From the IMG/VR virus record IMGVR_UViG_3300020432_000050, positions 1 to 24,730 of that record: a stretch of DNA of 24,730 nucleotides; one strand, written 5' to 3'. This document shows positions 24,675-24,730 of the stretch, one piece after another (within the stretch, counting starts at the first letter, position 1; every line of letters starts with the position of its first letter). The notes under the pieces were generated by a model. The model was not told the DNA's origin. It made no database searches and was given only the letters and a program-made list of their open reading frames with translations. The stretch is from a virus. Its lineage: Duplodnaviria; Caudoviricetes. The position numbers and the translations under genes were made by a program.

Positions 24675-24730
24675 TCAATACTCTAACTCAAGTTTTCCAC
24701 GAGTCATTAACCCATTACATAGCCAAACTA
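24675..24730 (-). CDS. 3' end of an upstream gene, possibly terminase large subunit (partial)
   Basis: Reads ...VWLCNGLMTRGKLELEY* with TGA at 24675-24677. Compatible with the helix after the TerL DD.VDA motif and with its position before the portal; too short to be sure. Confidence 0.4.
   Translation of the reverse strand, partial: VWLCNGLMTRGKLELEY

Noticed and set aside
1-24730. CRISPR array, tRNA or rRNA genes, integrase or IS elements, stop-codon reassignment
   Set aside because: No regular repeat-spacer pattern or tRNA-like sequence seen by eye; genes tile densely under the standard code and TAA, TAG and TGA all end genes.

Overview
AT-rich stretch of a tailed marine dsDNA phage, most likely a picocyanobacterial (Prochlorococcus/Synechococcus-type) phage; the host is an inference, and the capsid and portal do not look T4-like or T7-like to me. 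Most genes are on the minus strand. Read right to left, the order is: possible terminase C-terminal fragment, AbrB-like protein, portal, scaffold, three small proteins, major capsid protein, probable capsid accessory protein, ComEA-like helix-hairpin-helix protein, probable head-tail adaptor, a SWIM zinc-finger/beta-repeat protein, and a long array of fibre, chaperone and receptor-binding paralogs (about 5.6-14.2 kb). Then come a block of seven envelope-targeted genes of unknown function (1955-5506), an HNH endonuclease, a Dps/ferritin, a small basic protein and, on the plus strand, the 3' end of a probable 2OG-Fe(II) oxygenase. The most unusual items are the envelope-protein block, which may encode a secreted-fibre or pore apparatus, two long same-strand gene overlaps whose codon choices suggest real dual coding (portal/scaffold 509 nt; 3761-3932), and structured leaders in front of the capsid and HNH genes. 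All family assignments come from reading motifs by eye; no searches were run.
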